Shown here piece after piece: positions 46,629 through 59,097 of a DNA stretch of 64,000 nt. The translations under genes were made by a program, and so were the position numbers. Source of the stretch: Phyllobates terribilis (Eukaryota); NCBI RefSeq assembly GCF_046119375.1, contig NW_027362771.1:404736001-404800000 (forward strand), in the 5' to 3' direction. How positions within the stretch are numbered: position 1 is the first letter of the stretch; every line of letters begins with the position of its first letter. The notes under the pieces were generated by a model. It ran no database searches. It had not been told where the DNA came from and saw only the letters and a list, made by a program, of their open reading frames with translations.

Positions 46629-49600
46629 GTTCACCCTCTGATATCTAACAGGCTGGAGAAACTTGCACCTACTGCCTCTCCATCTTCAGCTCCTTTGTGA
46701 GAAACTAATGTGTTTGGGCAACCACTCAGTCAACCAAATAAAATTCCTGAGAAGGAAATTGGGGATGGCTTCGCTACTGGAACTGAGGGCAGTGTTAATA
46801 GCATGGCGTCGTACCATAGTTTACTGGAAATATTGCAGGCTGGAAGGAGGCAAGCAGATTCCCACAGAAAAGTACCAGCAGTAATGTTCAGGGACCTTCT
46901 GAGTCAGTGCACTGGGGAGGGCACGGGTAATGTTGTGGGACCCGTGCTTGTGGAAGGCGGAGGCGATACCGGGAGAAATAGTGGCGGCTGGGAACTGAGT
47001 ATGAACACCCGGCCGCCGCCGCCATGAGGTCGTTGACAGCTTCCACCTCCATGAGCCTAAAAGGCCACATTTCAAGTGCAAGCAGCTGCCCATAAATCTG
47101 GAAGTTTAGTTTTGTGGCCTGTGGGTGGGTGGGTTGCTGGCTGCATACTTGCGCTTGCATTCCAAGTAACAGAAAACTAAGCAGATGGTGGCCTCTATCA
47201 TCATCATGGCCTCACCTCGGCACTATGAACTCTCCTGAAGGAGAAGCCAGGGCCCAGAGTAGATACGTTTTCCCTCCATGCCAGTCCTTTCACTGAGCTA
47301 AAGAATATAGCTGTGGTGAAATACAACTCTCACTGAGAAGCAGTGTCAGACAGAAAAACATTGGGCCCACCAGAGGATTTGATTCTGAGGGCCCACCTTT
47401 TCCCCCGCTCAAGAGCCCCATAGCAGCTGCAAAGTTTGCTCCTATCATAAACTCTCCTGATGGAGATGCCAGGGCCCACCTGAGGATTCTCTGGTGGGCC
47501 CGTCCAGCCCTGCTGAGAAGCAGCCCTGCCTAAGAAAAGTGTGTGGGAAGTTTCCCGGACACTCTATGGCTGCATTTTTAATGTGGATTGGCTCCGTACC
47601 ATCCCTGGCCACATTCACCTGTCCACATGTTTGGGGGTAGGCGGTCCTTCCCAGTAAGTGCACTGGGGAGGGCACGGGTAATGTTGTAGGACCGGTGCTG
47701 CCGGTATGAGGTTGTGAAATGCTTCCACCTCCACGAGCCTAAAAGGCCACATTTCAAGTGCAAGCAGCTTTAGAGGACTTCCTGGGAGAAGTGACAGCTG
47801 GAGTAGATATGGTATCCCAAGTCCTTTGACCAAGCTAAAGAATATGGCTGTGATGAAATACAACTCTCAGAAAAAAAAGCTGTGGACTGGCTCCGTACCA
47901 TCCCAGGCCACATTCATCTGACCACGTGTTTGTGGTTAGGCGATCCTTCCCACTAAGTGCACTGGGGAGAGCACGGGTAATGTTGTGGGACCCGAGCTTG
48001 TGGAAGGCAGAGACGATCCCGGAGAAATAGTGGCGGCTGGGGACCGAGTATGGCATGAAGTTCTGAAAAGCTTCCGCCTCCATGAGCCTAAAAGGTCACA
48101 TTTCAAGTGCAAGCAGCTGTAAAAAATTTGGCAGTATAGTATTGCAGCCTGTGGGTGGGTGAATGACTGGCTGCATACTTGCACTTGTATTCCAAGGAAT
48201 GGTGTAGGGACAAATGAACGCTGCACAGGGACAAGGACATGGACGGTGATTGTTGCAAATCTGCAATGACAGGTGTATGGCGGGAGGCATCTTCGCATGT
48301 GCCAAGGGTCACTTATGATAGGCACACTTTTAGGCAGTGACCTGGGAGTCAGAAATGCTTCCAGGGGTCTTCCCCATGCTGTTCCCATGTCTTTTCAGCA
48401 CTGTATGCGTGTGTCTAATGATGTGTCACACACCACATGGCCAGATAAGGTTGTAAAATGTTAAAATTACATTTCCTAATGAATGCATTTGTCTTGGTTG
48501 AAAGCAATGCAATAGTGCAAAAACGCATCAAAAACGCTATATGTGAACATAGCCCAAGGTGTGGAGGAGCATTTTTGGTTTGGGTTATTTATTTTGCCTT
48601 ATATACAAGTCATTACCCTGGAAAAGATGTTCCGTAACATATTTCCCAGGAAAATCCATTTTGGTTTCGTTTTTGTATGTTTTATTGTGAGTCCATAATA
48701 GTGTCGTAATACCTCTGACAACGTTGTTGACAGCAGTGACCTGGGAGTCAGAAATGCTTCCAGTGGTCTTCCTCATGCTTTCCCCATGTCATTTGAGCAC
48801 TGTTCCCATCGATTTGGGCAATTTTTAGACCCTCTGCAGACCGTCAGGGGAAGCCGCCTGAAAAATGCTCAAGTTTCCCATAGACTTACATTGGGCTCGT
48901 TGCTCGGGTCGAGCACCTGAGCATTCCAATTTGCTCGACCCGAGCATCGAGCACCCGAGCATTTTAGTGCTCGCCCATCACTATTTAGGACACATCTGGG
49001 GCATGTTAAACAGGTGCTTCAGATATTAAGGGATAACAAACTTTATGCCCAACTAGAAAAATGTGTTTTCGCCGTTCAGGAGGTGCAGTTTTTGGGGTAC
49101 TTGTTGTCATCTTTGGGTTTTCGGAGGGATCCGGAGAAGATCCGTGCTGTCCTTGATTGGGACCGTCCTGAGAACCTGAAGGCTCTACAATGTTTTCTGA
49201 GCTTTACTAATTTTTACCAGAAATTCATCCAAAATTACTCAGTAATTGTGAAACCCCTTATTGACATGACTAAGAAGAGGTCTGATTTTTCCAAATGGTC
49301 GGATGTTTCCCTCCAGGCTTTTTCTTCCTTAAAGAATTATTTTGCCTCTGCACCTATGCTCAGTCACCCCGATGTTTCCCAATCCTTTATTGTGGAAGTT
49401 CATGCCTCGGATATGAGGGTTGAGGCTGTGTTGTCTCAGGGTCCATCCCCTGGTAAATGGCATCCATGCGCCTTCTTTTCTAAAAAATTGTCTTCTGCTG
49501 AGAGAAATTAAGACATGGGTAATAGGGAACTTTTGGCGATCAAATTGACATTTGAAGAATGGCGACATTGGTTGGAGTGGGCTGTTCATCTTGTTACTGT

Positions 49601-52049
49601 TAATACTGACCATAAGAACCTGTCATATCTCCAGTCAGCTAAACATTTCAACCCTAGGTAAGCCAGATGGTCCCTGTTTTTTCTAGGTTCAATTTGTTGT
49701 CACTTTTCATCCAGGGGTCAAAAATGTCAAGGCTGATGCTTTGTCCCGGAGCTTTCCTGGTGTTGGTAGCCATGAGAACCCTGCCCTGAAATTCCATTAG
49801 GGTGTAGTCATTTGGGCATTATGTCCTGAGCTGGAGGGTGAGTTTTTGGAGGCTCAGGGGGACGCCCCTGCCTCCTGCCCTTCAGGAAGGTTATTTGTAC
49901 CATCTAATCTGCGCCGTAAAATAATTAAGGAACATCATAACTCTGTGCTTGCTGTTCATCCAGGTGGTAAGGCAACCACAGACCTCCTCTCTCTGTATTT
50001 TTGGTGGCCGGGGTTGCATCAGGATGTGATTGATCACGTATCTGCTTGTAGTATTTGCGCATGTTCTAAGGTTTCGCATACCTGTCCATCTGGTACTCTT
50101 TATCTGCTACCTATCCCTAGTAGGCTATGGACACACTTGTCCATGAATTTTATTACTGACCTACCTTTTTCTGCAGGCAAAATGGTGGTTTTGGTGGTTA
50201 TAGATAGGTTCAGTAAAATGGTCTATTTCGTCGCATTACCTGCACTTCCAAATGCCAAGACACTTGCTCAAATTCATAAATGAGATTGTGAAGCTTTGTG
50301 GGGTTCCCTCCGATGTGGTATCAGATCGGGGGACCCAGTTTGCTTTCAAGTTCTGGAAGGAATTCTGTTCTCGACTGAGGGTGCAGCTGTCCTTTTCCTC
50401 TGCCTTCCACCCTCAGTCGAATGGACAGACCAAGCGCGTCAGTCAGAATTTGGAGACCTACCTCAGGTGTTTCGTCACCAAAAATCAGGAGGATTGGTCA
50501 TCCTACTTACCGCTGGCAGAATTTGCCATTAATAATCATCATCAAGAATCCACTGGCAGGTCACCGTTCTTTGGTGCATACGGTTTCCATCCACAGTTTG
50601 GTACCATTAGTGGGGGAGGAGCTTCGCGAGTTCCTGAGGAAGAACATTTTGTTTCATCGTTCTCCTCAGTGTGGCAGGGGGTTCTGAGTAATTTACAGAT
50701 CTTGGGAGACAGGTATAAATGTATGGCTGAGAGAAAACACTTGCCAGGTCCGAACCTGAATGTGAATGACTTTGTGTGGTTGTCTACCAGCAATATTAAG
50801 TTGAAAGTACCTTCTTGGAAGTTGGTCCCTATAAAATAACCGGCGTCATTAACCCAGCAGTGTTTCATCTTGAGCTTCCTTAGGCCCTTATGGTCCACAA
50901 TGTTTTCCACAGGTCCTTACTCAAGAAGTATGTGGAACCTCTTGAGCCCTCACCTCTACCGCCACCCCCAGTAATGGTTGATGGTAATCTGGAGTTTCAG
51001 ATATCAAGGATTGTAGATTCTCATCTCCAATGTCGTTCTCTACAATACTTGGTGCACTGGAAGGGTTATGGTCCAGAGGAGAGGATGTGGGTTTCAACAT
51101 CAGAGGTGAACGTTCTCAGGTTGGTTCATTCATTCCACACCTCTTATCCTGAGAAACCTGGTCCTGAGTGTCTGGAGGCCACTCATAGAGGGGGGGTGTA
51201 CTGTCACGGGTGCGTCAGTTGTGACAGACAGTCTCCCTGCAGTTGGCTACAGAAGATCTCTTTGTTTGGCATTACTGACACCTTTTTAGCTGTTTCACTC
51301 TAGGACCCAGCGGCTACCTCCTTCCTGCTGTAATTGACACCCTGGCCTGGGTGTTTAAATAGTTTCACTTTGCAGAAGGAAGGTGCCGGTGATATTCCCA
51401 TGCTTCCTTGTGAAAGCTTGGAGCTCGAGCTGTTCTTACTTCCTCTCTGGTGCTAAGAGGACGTGTGTGCTTTCTCTCTGAAATCGGCTCAAGCTAAGTT
51501 ACTTTCCCCCGTGTCTGTCTACCTTGTTGTCTTTAGTTGTTAGTGGGGACTGACTAGTGCTCATCCCCCCTTCTCTAGCCAGGGCCTAGCTCTAGGGAAA
51601 TACAGGGTTTTAGGTTCCTGTGCGGTGATTGGTGAGGAACTAATATAGGGACGTTAGGGGAGACAGGGTGATATCAGATCAGCCTAGGAGGTCTCCACTT
51701 CCCCTTTCCCTAGTGTCTGGGCTCCCTTCCCCTTATCCCTTCGTGCTGCACTTAGTCTTTCCCTGGAATGACAAATGCAGAGCACAGGATAAATGTGAGC
51801 TGAGCCTTACTGCGATCTTTGGGAAATTAATAAATCTAGAAGTGGGAAACAGCGCACAATAGGCTGATACTATATGGAGGAAGAGTAGGAGAGTGCTGTT
51901 TAAGGTCACCTGGTAGAGTTGTGACAAGCACAACTCCTATTTAGGCATGAAGAAAAACAGCTGCTGTTGCCCCGTGGCTGTTGAATAAATCCACCAACTG
52001 GATCACTGCGATCTTTGGGAGGCAGAATAAACAAATCAACAGCAGGCCA

Positions 52050-52800
52050 AGAAATTTTTTTTTTTACATTGTTTCTCTTGCAGTATAAGTGATAAAGATA
52101 TTTTATTCTTTGGGTCTGTGTGATTACAGCAATACCAGATTTATATAATTTTTTTATTTTTGGCTACTATCAAACACTAAAAAACGCTTTTCTCTTATAT
52201 AAATAATAACGTTTTTGCATCGCCTTATTTTGAGAGCTATAATTTCTCTATTTTTTTGCCAACAGAGTCATTTGAGGGGTTGTTTTTTGTGGGATGAGTT
52301 GATGTTCTTATTGGTACCATTTTGAGGCACATAACACTTTTTGATCACTTTCTATTCTGATTTTCGAGAGGCAAAATGAACAAAAAGCAGAAAATCAGGA
52401 ATTTCACTGTGTGGTAAAAGTGATAAGGCAGTTTCATTCTTCGGGTCAGTACAATTACAACGATACCACTTTGATATAATTTTTTTATGTTTTGCCACTT
52501 TTACACAATGAAAACAATTTTATAAATTGAAGAATTGTTTTTGCATCACAGTATTCTGCTGATTGAACTGTATGGAGGCTTGTTTTTTACAGGATAATAT
52601 TATGTTTTCAGCGATCCCATTTTTATTTACATTTGACTCTTTGATTGTGTTTTATTCCACATTTTGTGTGGTGGTATGAAGAAAAGGCATAGTTTAGGGA
52701 TAAACTACTGTGACAATTTTATAGATTGGGTCGTTCCTGACATGGCGATACCAAATATGTGTACATGCATTTTTTTTTTTTTTAATTTCGCGATTATTTT
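52050..52800. repeat. AT-rich interspersed repeat with periodicity of about 300-330 bp, class unassigned
   Basis: GGGTC...GATACCA motif recurs at about 52110, 52443 and 52727. Confidence 0.45.
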
Positions 52801-54159
52801 AAAAATATTTTTACTTTTTTTTTATTTTTTTTACTGTTTTACCTAGTTGATCCATGTGACATCAACCTTCTTGCCCCGATCACTGATCTATTACTTTGCA
52901 TTGCTTTTGCATTGCAGGTTATTTGATTAGTCAATCTCACACATGCAGGAAGAATTTTAGATTCTGCTCAATGCCGGACCTCACAGGCTACTGTACCTCA
53001 GTGACCCTACAGCCATTCTTCTGCCCAGAATCACCATGGAAATCATTGTCACACGTGATCGCAATCGCTTTGTGCTGATTGAAGCTGAGAAGGAGTTCCC
53101 TTCCTCCATAAGCCTATTAATGCCGCTGTCGATATTGACAATCTCATAGGAGTCTCAGAGGGGTTAAATCCCTGCGATCGGCGCTACACCAATTGTGGGC
53201 GTCACCACAGGGTATCAACCATGATGTATCGCTGACACCCTTTAATGGTTGTGCCAGCCTTGCGAGTGAGCCAGTATGATCGTTGCACCAGCGTTGCGAA
53301 GGGTTTAAACAGTAACCGTCATTTTAATTTTTACTTCTTAAATCAATAGCTCACATAATAATAATTATTTATAGTGTCAATATATTCCGTAGCACTTTAC
53401 ATTTTAGAGGGGACTTTTACAGATACATACAACAAAGACTTTATAGTATAACACATAACTCAGATATAGTGATGAGCGAACGTGCTCGCCACTACTCGGT
53501 ACTCGCCCGAGCATCATGGTGCTCGACAAGCTCGGCGAGTATTTCCGGGTTGCTCGGGCGGGAACTCGGGTCCCCTCCCTGCATGTTTGGCGCTCCTTAG
53601 AGAGCCAGTGAACATGTAGGGATGGCCTGCCATGCACTGTAATGCAGTAGCCATGTTGGTTGTGGGCATTACAGTGATTGGCTGGCCGCACAGCGTCATC
53701 AGATGTACATCAGACCTGGCGCCGCCATGGTCGTCACAGTCACTCCGGATCAGACAGTGTAGGGAGAGCTGCTGCTGTGTCAGGGAGAGATTTGCTTGTG
53801 TATTAGGTAGTGAAGGGAGAAAAAACGTACGTTACACAAATCTATCTTAACAAACAGTCCTTTTGAGGACCAACTAATCCATCTGCAGAGATATCAGGCA
53901 GGCAGTGTATATAGGCAGGCAGGCACTGTATATAGCAGACTGCAGTGCACATAGCCCTCCAGTCCAGTTCTGTCAGCTGCTGCTGTTAGATATTTCTGGA
54001 AATAGGCCCAGGTCTCAGGGGCCAGGAATATTTTTTTTTGCATGTTAATCCTCATTATTTGCTTAAAAAGAAATCAAGAGAACACATTTTTTCTGCATTA
54101 TTTGCTTGTTGGCACTGCAGAATACAGCCAGATCCTTTCCTTATTACAGCGCTAAAAAT

Positions 54160-54790
54160 CCATCTATTTAAAACTGCGTTTTCTCCGTCACACGGATCAC
54201 ATATACGTTTTCAAAAAATACTGCCGTTTCTGGCCTCCATTAAATTTTTTTTTCAGTATGTCAGTGAAGCAATTGACACCAGATTGCTGTTCAAAATAGT
54301 TACCTACAGGCCAGGTATCTAAAACTGTGCTTTCTCCGTCACACGGCTCACATATTCGTTGTAAAAAAATACTGCCATTTCTGGCGTCCATTACAATTTT
54401 TTTTCAGTGTGTCAGCAAAGTTTTTGACACTGGTTTGCTGTTCAAAACAGTTACTTACAGGCCAAGTATTTAAAACCGTGTCTTCTCCGTCACACGGATT
54501 ACATAAATACTGCCATTTCTGGCCTCCATTAAAAAAAATGTTTCAATGTGTCAGTAAAGCAATTGACACCAGATTGCTGTTCAAAATAGTTACCTACAGG
54601 CCAGGTATTTAAAACTGTGTTTTCTCTGTCACACAGATTACATATACGTTTTCAGAAAATACTGCCATTTCTGGCCTCCATTAAAAAAAAATTTCGGTGT
54701 GTCAGTGAAGCAATTGACATCAGATTGCTGTTCAAAATAGTTACCTACAGGCCAGGTATTTAAAACTGTGTTTTCTCCATCACACGGCTC
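54160..54790 (+). repeat. 151-bp tandem repeat (about 5 units) in the hAT copy 5 5' arm
   Basis: CTCCGTCACACGG anchor at 54183, 54334, 54485, 54624 and 54775. Confidence 0.93.
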
Positions 54791-54856
54791 ACATATAAAT
54801 TCTCTCCAAACTCAGTCATTTGTAGCAAGCGTGGAAGATACTGTCCTCCATTTTAA

Positions 54857-57800
54857 ATGGGCAAGGCACGTGGCAAGGGATGGGGAACTGGACGTGATGG
54901 TAATGGTGCATGCAGAGGTCGAGGACAAGGACGTGGTCAAGCCAAAATTGTGCCACAACAATCACCCACATCTTCTCGCCTGACCTTCCTGTCCCAATTT
55001 CTAGGGGACCACAGCACACCACTATTGAACCCAGAGCAGTGTCAAAAGGTTGTTGGTTGGATAGAGGATAATGCTTCCAGTCACTTAGCCACCACCACCC
55101 TGTCTTCCACACGGTCAAGTCTCAGTAGCCGTGAGTCTGGACCGCATATTCCTCACCCTGATCTTCCTTCCTCCCACCATGCCGAGTACCCAGAGACAAC
55201 AGATCCCACACTTGGACACTCTGAAGAGCTGTTCACTTTTCCATTTATAGATTCGGGCCTCTCACCCGGTCCACTTGAAGCGGGGCAAGAGGAGATCGCA
55301 TGTAGTGATGCCCAAATATTTGAGCAGCCACGGTCACACGAAGGCGACGGTGGGAAAGTGGCACAAGAGGTGGATGATGATGAGACACAGAGTCAGGAGG
55401 AGGACCAGGGTGCAGAAGTGGAATACGAGGTGGTGGATGATATAGTAACTGACCCAACCTGGCAGGAGGACATGCAGAGAGAGGACAGCAGCAAACACGG
55501 GGAGGGAGGCAGAGCACCCCAACAGGCAGAAGAAGCAGTGTGGTGGCCGCAGACAGAAGGCAGGCAACCGTTCCCCGTACCACCAACATGAAGGAAGTTG
55601 CCAGTACAACTGTTAGGTCTTCCCGAGTTTGGTTGTTTTTTAAAGACACTGTCGATAACCTCAAAAAGGCCCTTTGCAACACCTGCCAGGCCAGCATCAG
55701 CAGGGGTGGCAAAATGACCAGCCTGACCACCAACAGCATGATCAGGCACATGGCAGAAAAGCACCCGACTTTGTGGGCCGAACCCCAGGGTTCAAGAACA
55801 GTCCATACCCCAGTCGTTGGAACGCAAGCGCAAATATGCAGACAACACCCCACAGGCCACACTACTAAATTCTCACATTTCACGACTGCTTGCGCTCGAA
55901 ATGTTGCCTTTTAGGCTCATGGAGACGGAAGCATTCCGCAATCTGATGGCGGCGGCCGTCCCTCAGTACTCAGTCCCCAGCCGCTACTATTTCACCCGGT
56001 GTGCCATCCCCGCATTACACAAGCACGTGTCCCTAAACATTAGCGGTGCTCTTAACAACACAGTTACGGTAAAGTCCACCTAACCACGGACACGTGGACA
56101 AGGGCTTGTGGGCAGGGACTGTACATCTCGCTGACGGAACACTGGGTTAACATAGTGGAAGCCGGGACCCAGTCAGACTTTGGGACGGAACACGTCCTCT
56201 CGACGACAAGGATTACGGGCCCTAGGTCAATCAGGGTTGCCCTCACGGTCTACAGCTCCTGCACCTCATCCTCCTCAGCCTCCTCCTCCTCTTCAGCCTC
56301 CATCTCCGAAATGACCACATCAGTTACCAGCTGGAAGCACTGCAGCACTGCCTCGGCCAAGCGGCAACAGCCTGTGCTGAAGCTAATATGCTTAGGTGAA
56401 AAACCACTCAATGCTGAAGAGTTGTGGACAGCTCTGAAAGAGCAGACAGATTTGTGGCTCACACCGCTGAACCTACAGCCAGGCATGGTCGTGTGTGACA
56501 ATGGCCGGAACCTGGTGGCGGCTCTGAGGCGAGGCGAGCTCACACACGTGCTATGCCTGGCCCATCTGATTAACATCTTGGTTCAGCGGTTTCTCAAATC
56601 CTACCCGGAGCTCCTGGATCTGCTTGTTAAAGTATGCCGCCTGTGTGCCCATTTTAGAAAGTCAGCTACAGCTTCCGCCGCCCTTGCAGTGTTTCAGCAG
56701 CGTTTACAGCTTCCGGCTCACAGACTGGTGTGTGATGTCCCTACGTATTGGAACTCTACACTGCAGATGTTGGGAAGGATTTGTGAGCAGAACAGGGAAG
56801 TTGTTGAGTACCAGCATCAACAAAGCGGTCGGTATTCTGTTCAGACTCAACACATAAGACCTCAGGAGTGGATATGGTTGTCAGACATATGTACCATCCT
56901 GCTAAACTTTGAGGACTCCACCAAGATGGTGAGCGGCGATGACGCCATCATTAGCATCACCATCCCGCTTCTCTGTCTTCTGAAACGCTCTCTGCTCACA
57001 ATCAAAGAGGATGCATTGCAGGCGGAGCATGATGAGATGGAGAAAGGAACCATACAGGGTGATTACACACAGCCAAGCCTCATCTCTTCCCAACGTGGAT
57101 TGGGTGACAAAGAGGAAGAGGAGGAGGAGGAAAGACAGGAGCTAGTTTCATGCACTATAGACGGTACTACCTGCACAGCTGTCATACCGTCTGTTCAGTG
57201 TGGATGGTCAGAGGACAGAGAGGAGGAGGAGAGCATGGTCAGTCATCCTCTTGGTGAGGACACGGAAGTCTTGCCTATTAGTAGTCTGGCACGCATGGCC
57301 GAGTTTATGTTACGCTGCCTTTCCCATGACCCTCGCGTTCTCAAAATTTTGGGTGACAGTCATTACTGTTGGGTGACACTTCTAGACCGATGCTACATGG
57401 AGAACTTTGTATCTCTTATTCCTGAGGCGGACAGGTCTACAAAAATGGGGCTGTACCAGAAGGCCCTTGTTGCGGAACTATTAAAAAAATTCCCATCTGA
57501 AAACGCTGGCGGCAGAGGGAACACTTCGTTGGACAACCAAGGAGTACTGGAGAGAGAGACACAACTTCAATCCAGCAGAGGCAGGGGAACACTGTCAAAG
57601 TTCTGGGAGAGATTTCTTAGACCCTCCCATCGCACAGGCCCTGAGGCGCGGGGTACTCTCACAAGGAGTCCAAAGTTTGGGAAAGTGCTGAGGGAGTACC
57701 TTACCGACCGTACCAACATCCTCCCTGATTCCGCTGTGCCTTATAATTATTGGGTATCCAATCTGGATACGTGGAATGAACTGGCTCTCTATGCCTTGGA

Positions 57801-57987
57801 GGTCCTGGCCTGCCCTGCCGCCAGCATTTTATCAGAGCGGGTTTTTAGTGCCGCTGGTGGAATTATAACTGATAAGTGCATCTGCCTGTCAACTGAAAAT
57901 GCTGACAGGCTAACTCTTATGAAAATGAACAAGGGCTGGATTGGGCCAAACTTCTCAACACCACCGAATGATAGCAGCATTACATAA
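54857..57987 (+). pseudogene. hAT transposase pseudogene with an uninterrupted 610-codon C-terminal ORF (56155..57987)
   Basis: VVCDNGRNL, CLAH, TYWNST (R to Y), SILSERVFS and the dimerisation domain are present. The N-terminal half is frameshifted and has a deletion near 55800. Confidence 0.93.
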
Positions 57988-58217
57988 ACTCCAATCCAGT
58001 GTCTTTTCTTGGGAGGTGTATTCCCATGCACCTTTTCACACCCACACATGGGTATACACTTCCTGGTTTTGGCTATTTGCTCTTGTCCTCCTCCTTCTCC
58101 TCATCCTCCACCACCATATGACCAGGGTGACCGTGGTCCGTGATGCAACACCCACCTAATTTTTGTAAAGGGTGTTTATAATGCCCGTAAAAAATTTTTT
58201 TTATACAGTATGTTCAT

Positions 58218-58530
58218 TAGTGTTGAGCCACCCCCGTAGTGTTCGAGTTCGGTTCGGTTCGTCGAACACCCGTGCGTTCGCCGAACTGTTCGTCGAACTG
58301 TTCGTCGAACACCTTCGAACACCGTTAAAACCAATGGCAGGCAAGCAAAAACACATAGAAACACATAGAAAACACCTTCAAAGGTGTCCAAAAGCTGACA
58401 AACTGCTCAGAAGACATAACTAACACATGGAAAAGTGACAAGTACATATAGTCATGCGAAAATAAAAGAGGTGGAGGAGTAAAAGGAGGGGGAGACACAG
58501 ATATAGGCATGTCATGCCCTTCTAAAATCC
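58218..58530 (-). mobile_element. Terminal arm of hAT family B
   Basis: TIR TAGTGTTGAGC at 58218 followed by dense GTTCG/CGAAC subterminal motifs. Assignment to family B and to the minus strand is inferred from the transposase at 62427-64000. Confidence 0.6.
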
Positions 58531-58719
58531 AAAAAGTGAGAAGCCGACACGGCCAGTCCGCTCCTGCCCGTGCCACCTCCGTGTCGCCGGGTTTGTGCCA
58601 GAGCCGCGGTGAACCCTGACGGCCAGCCCCCCTCTCCCAATACTGGTGCCTGTCCGCTGGTGGGTCGAGCGAGCCCCCCTGTGGTGGAGGCAGCTCTAAG
58701 CTTTTTAATTTAAATTGTC

Positions 58720-58996
58720 TCTCTAATTTGAATGAATACACTTTAAATCCATTTACAAGGATCTATTGGAGGGCAAGTCTCATGCCAGCAGCCGCGGTAA
58801 TTCCAGCTCCAGTAGCGTCCACTAAAGCTGCTGCAGTTAAAAAGCTTTTATAAGGATCGAGCTCGGCTGTCCACCGCAAGGCATCCTACTGCCAGTCCCA
58901 GCCCCTATGCCTTGGGGTGCCTCCTGATGCTCTTCACTAAGTATCCCATGGTCCCGAAGCATTTCCTTTGAAAACATTAAGTGTCTAAACTACAGG
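58720..58996 (+). rRNA. Degenerate 18S rRNA fragment (pseudogene; helix 17/18 region into V4)
   Basis: ACTTTAAATCC...ATTGGAGGGCAAGTCT..TGCCAGCAGCCGCGGTAATTCCAGCTCCA...GCTGCAGTTAAAAAGCT...CCCGAAGC.TTT.CTTTGAAAA, collinear with vertebrate 18S but with many substitutions. Confidence 0.92.
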
Positions 58997-59097
58997 TGGT
59001 GCAGCTTGCTTAACAGCCGGGATAATCAGCTTACTAGCAGACACTGCTACTAGGCACAAAGTATTTCCTGGGCTAGATGCAGTTAAAAATTTGTAAT

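Larger units (their letters stand above)
41608..48983 (+). mobile_element. hAT family A copy 4: complete ends, internally deleted transposase
   Basis: TIRs TAGTGATGAGCAAG (41608) and CTCGCCCATCACTA (ending 48983). Perfect 8-bp TSD TTTAGGAC at 41600-41607 and 48984-48991, within Gypsy RT. Confidence 0.97.
39012..51773 (+). mobile_element. Older Ty3/Gypsy chromovirus, split by a hAT insertion inside RT
   Basis: LTRs 39012-39541 and 51202-51773 (TG...CA, clearly diverged, 5' LTR has a deletion of about 46 bp). gag 39752-40624, protease VFVDSGG at about 40640, RT YLDD at about 41570 resuming at 48992, integrase 49850-50800, chromodomain 50890-51200, PPT AGAGGGGGGGTGTAC. Flanks ACTGA/AATGC do not form a perfect TSD. 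Confidence 0.92.
53467..58140 (+). mobile_element. hAT family A copy 5, 3' arm truncated
   Basis: 5' TIR TAGTGATGAGCGAACGTGCTCG at 53467. Transposase 54857-57987. Only about 150 bp of 3' arm remain. Confidence 0.92.

Noticed and set aside
39007-51778. TSD for the older Gypsy element
   Set aside because: ACTGA versus AATGC match at only 3 of 5 positions. This could be decay or recombination between two copies, so it was not called.
56155-57987. 610-aa ORF as a domesticated ZBED host gene
   Set aside because: It sits within a TIR-bearing multicopy element, lacks the BED finger and first catalytic D in frame, and has an R-to-Y change in RWNS.
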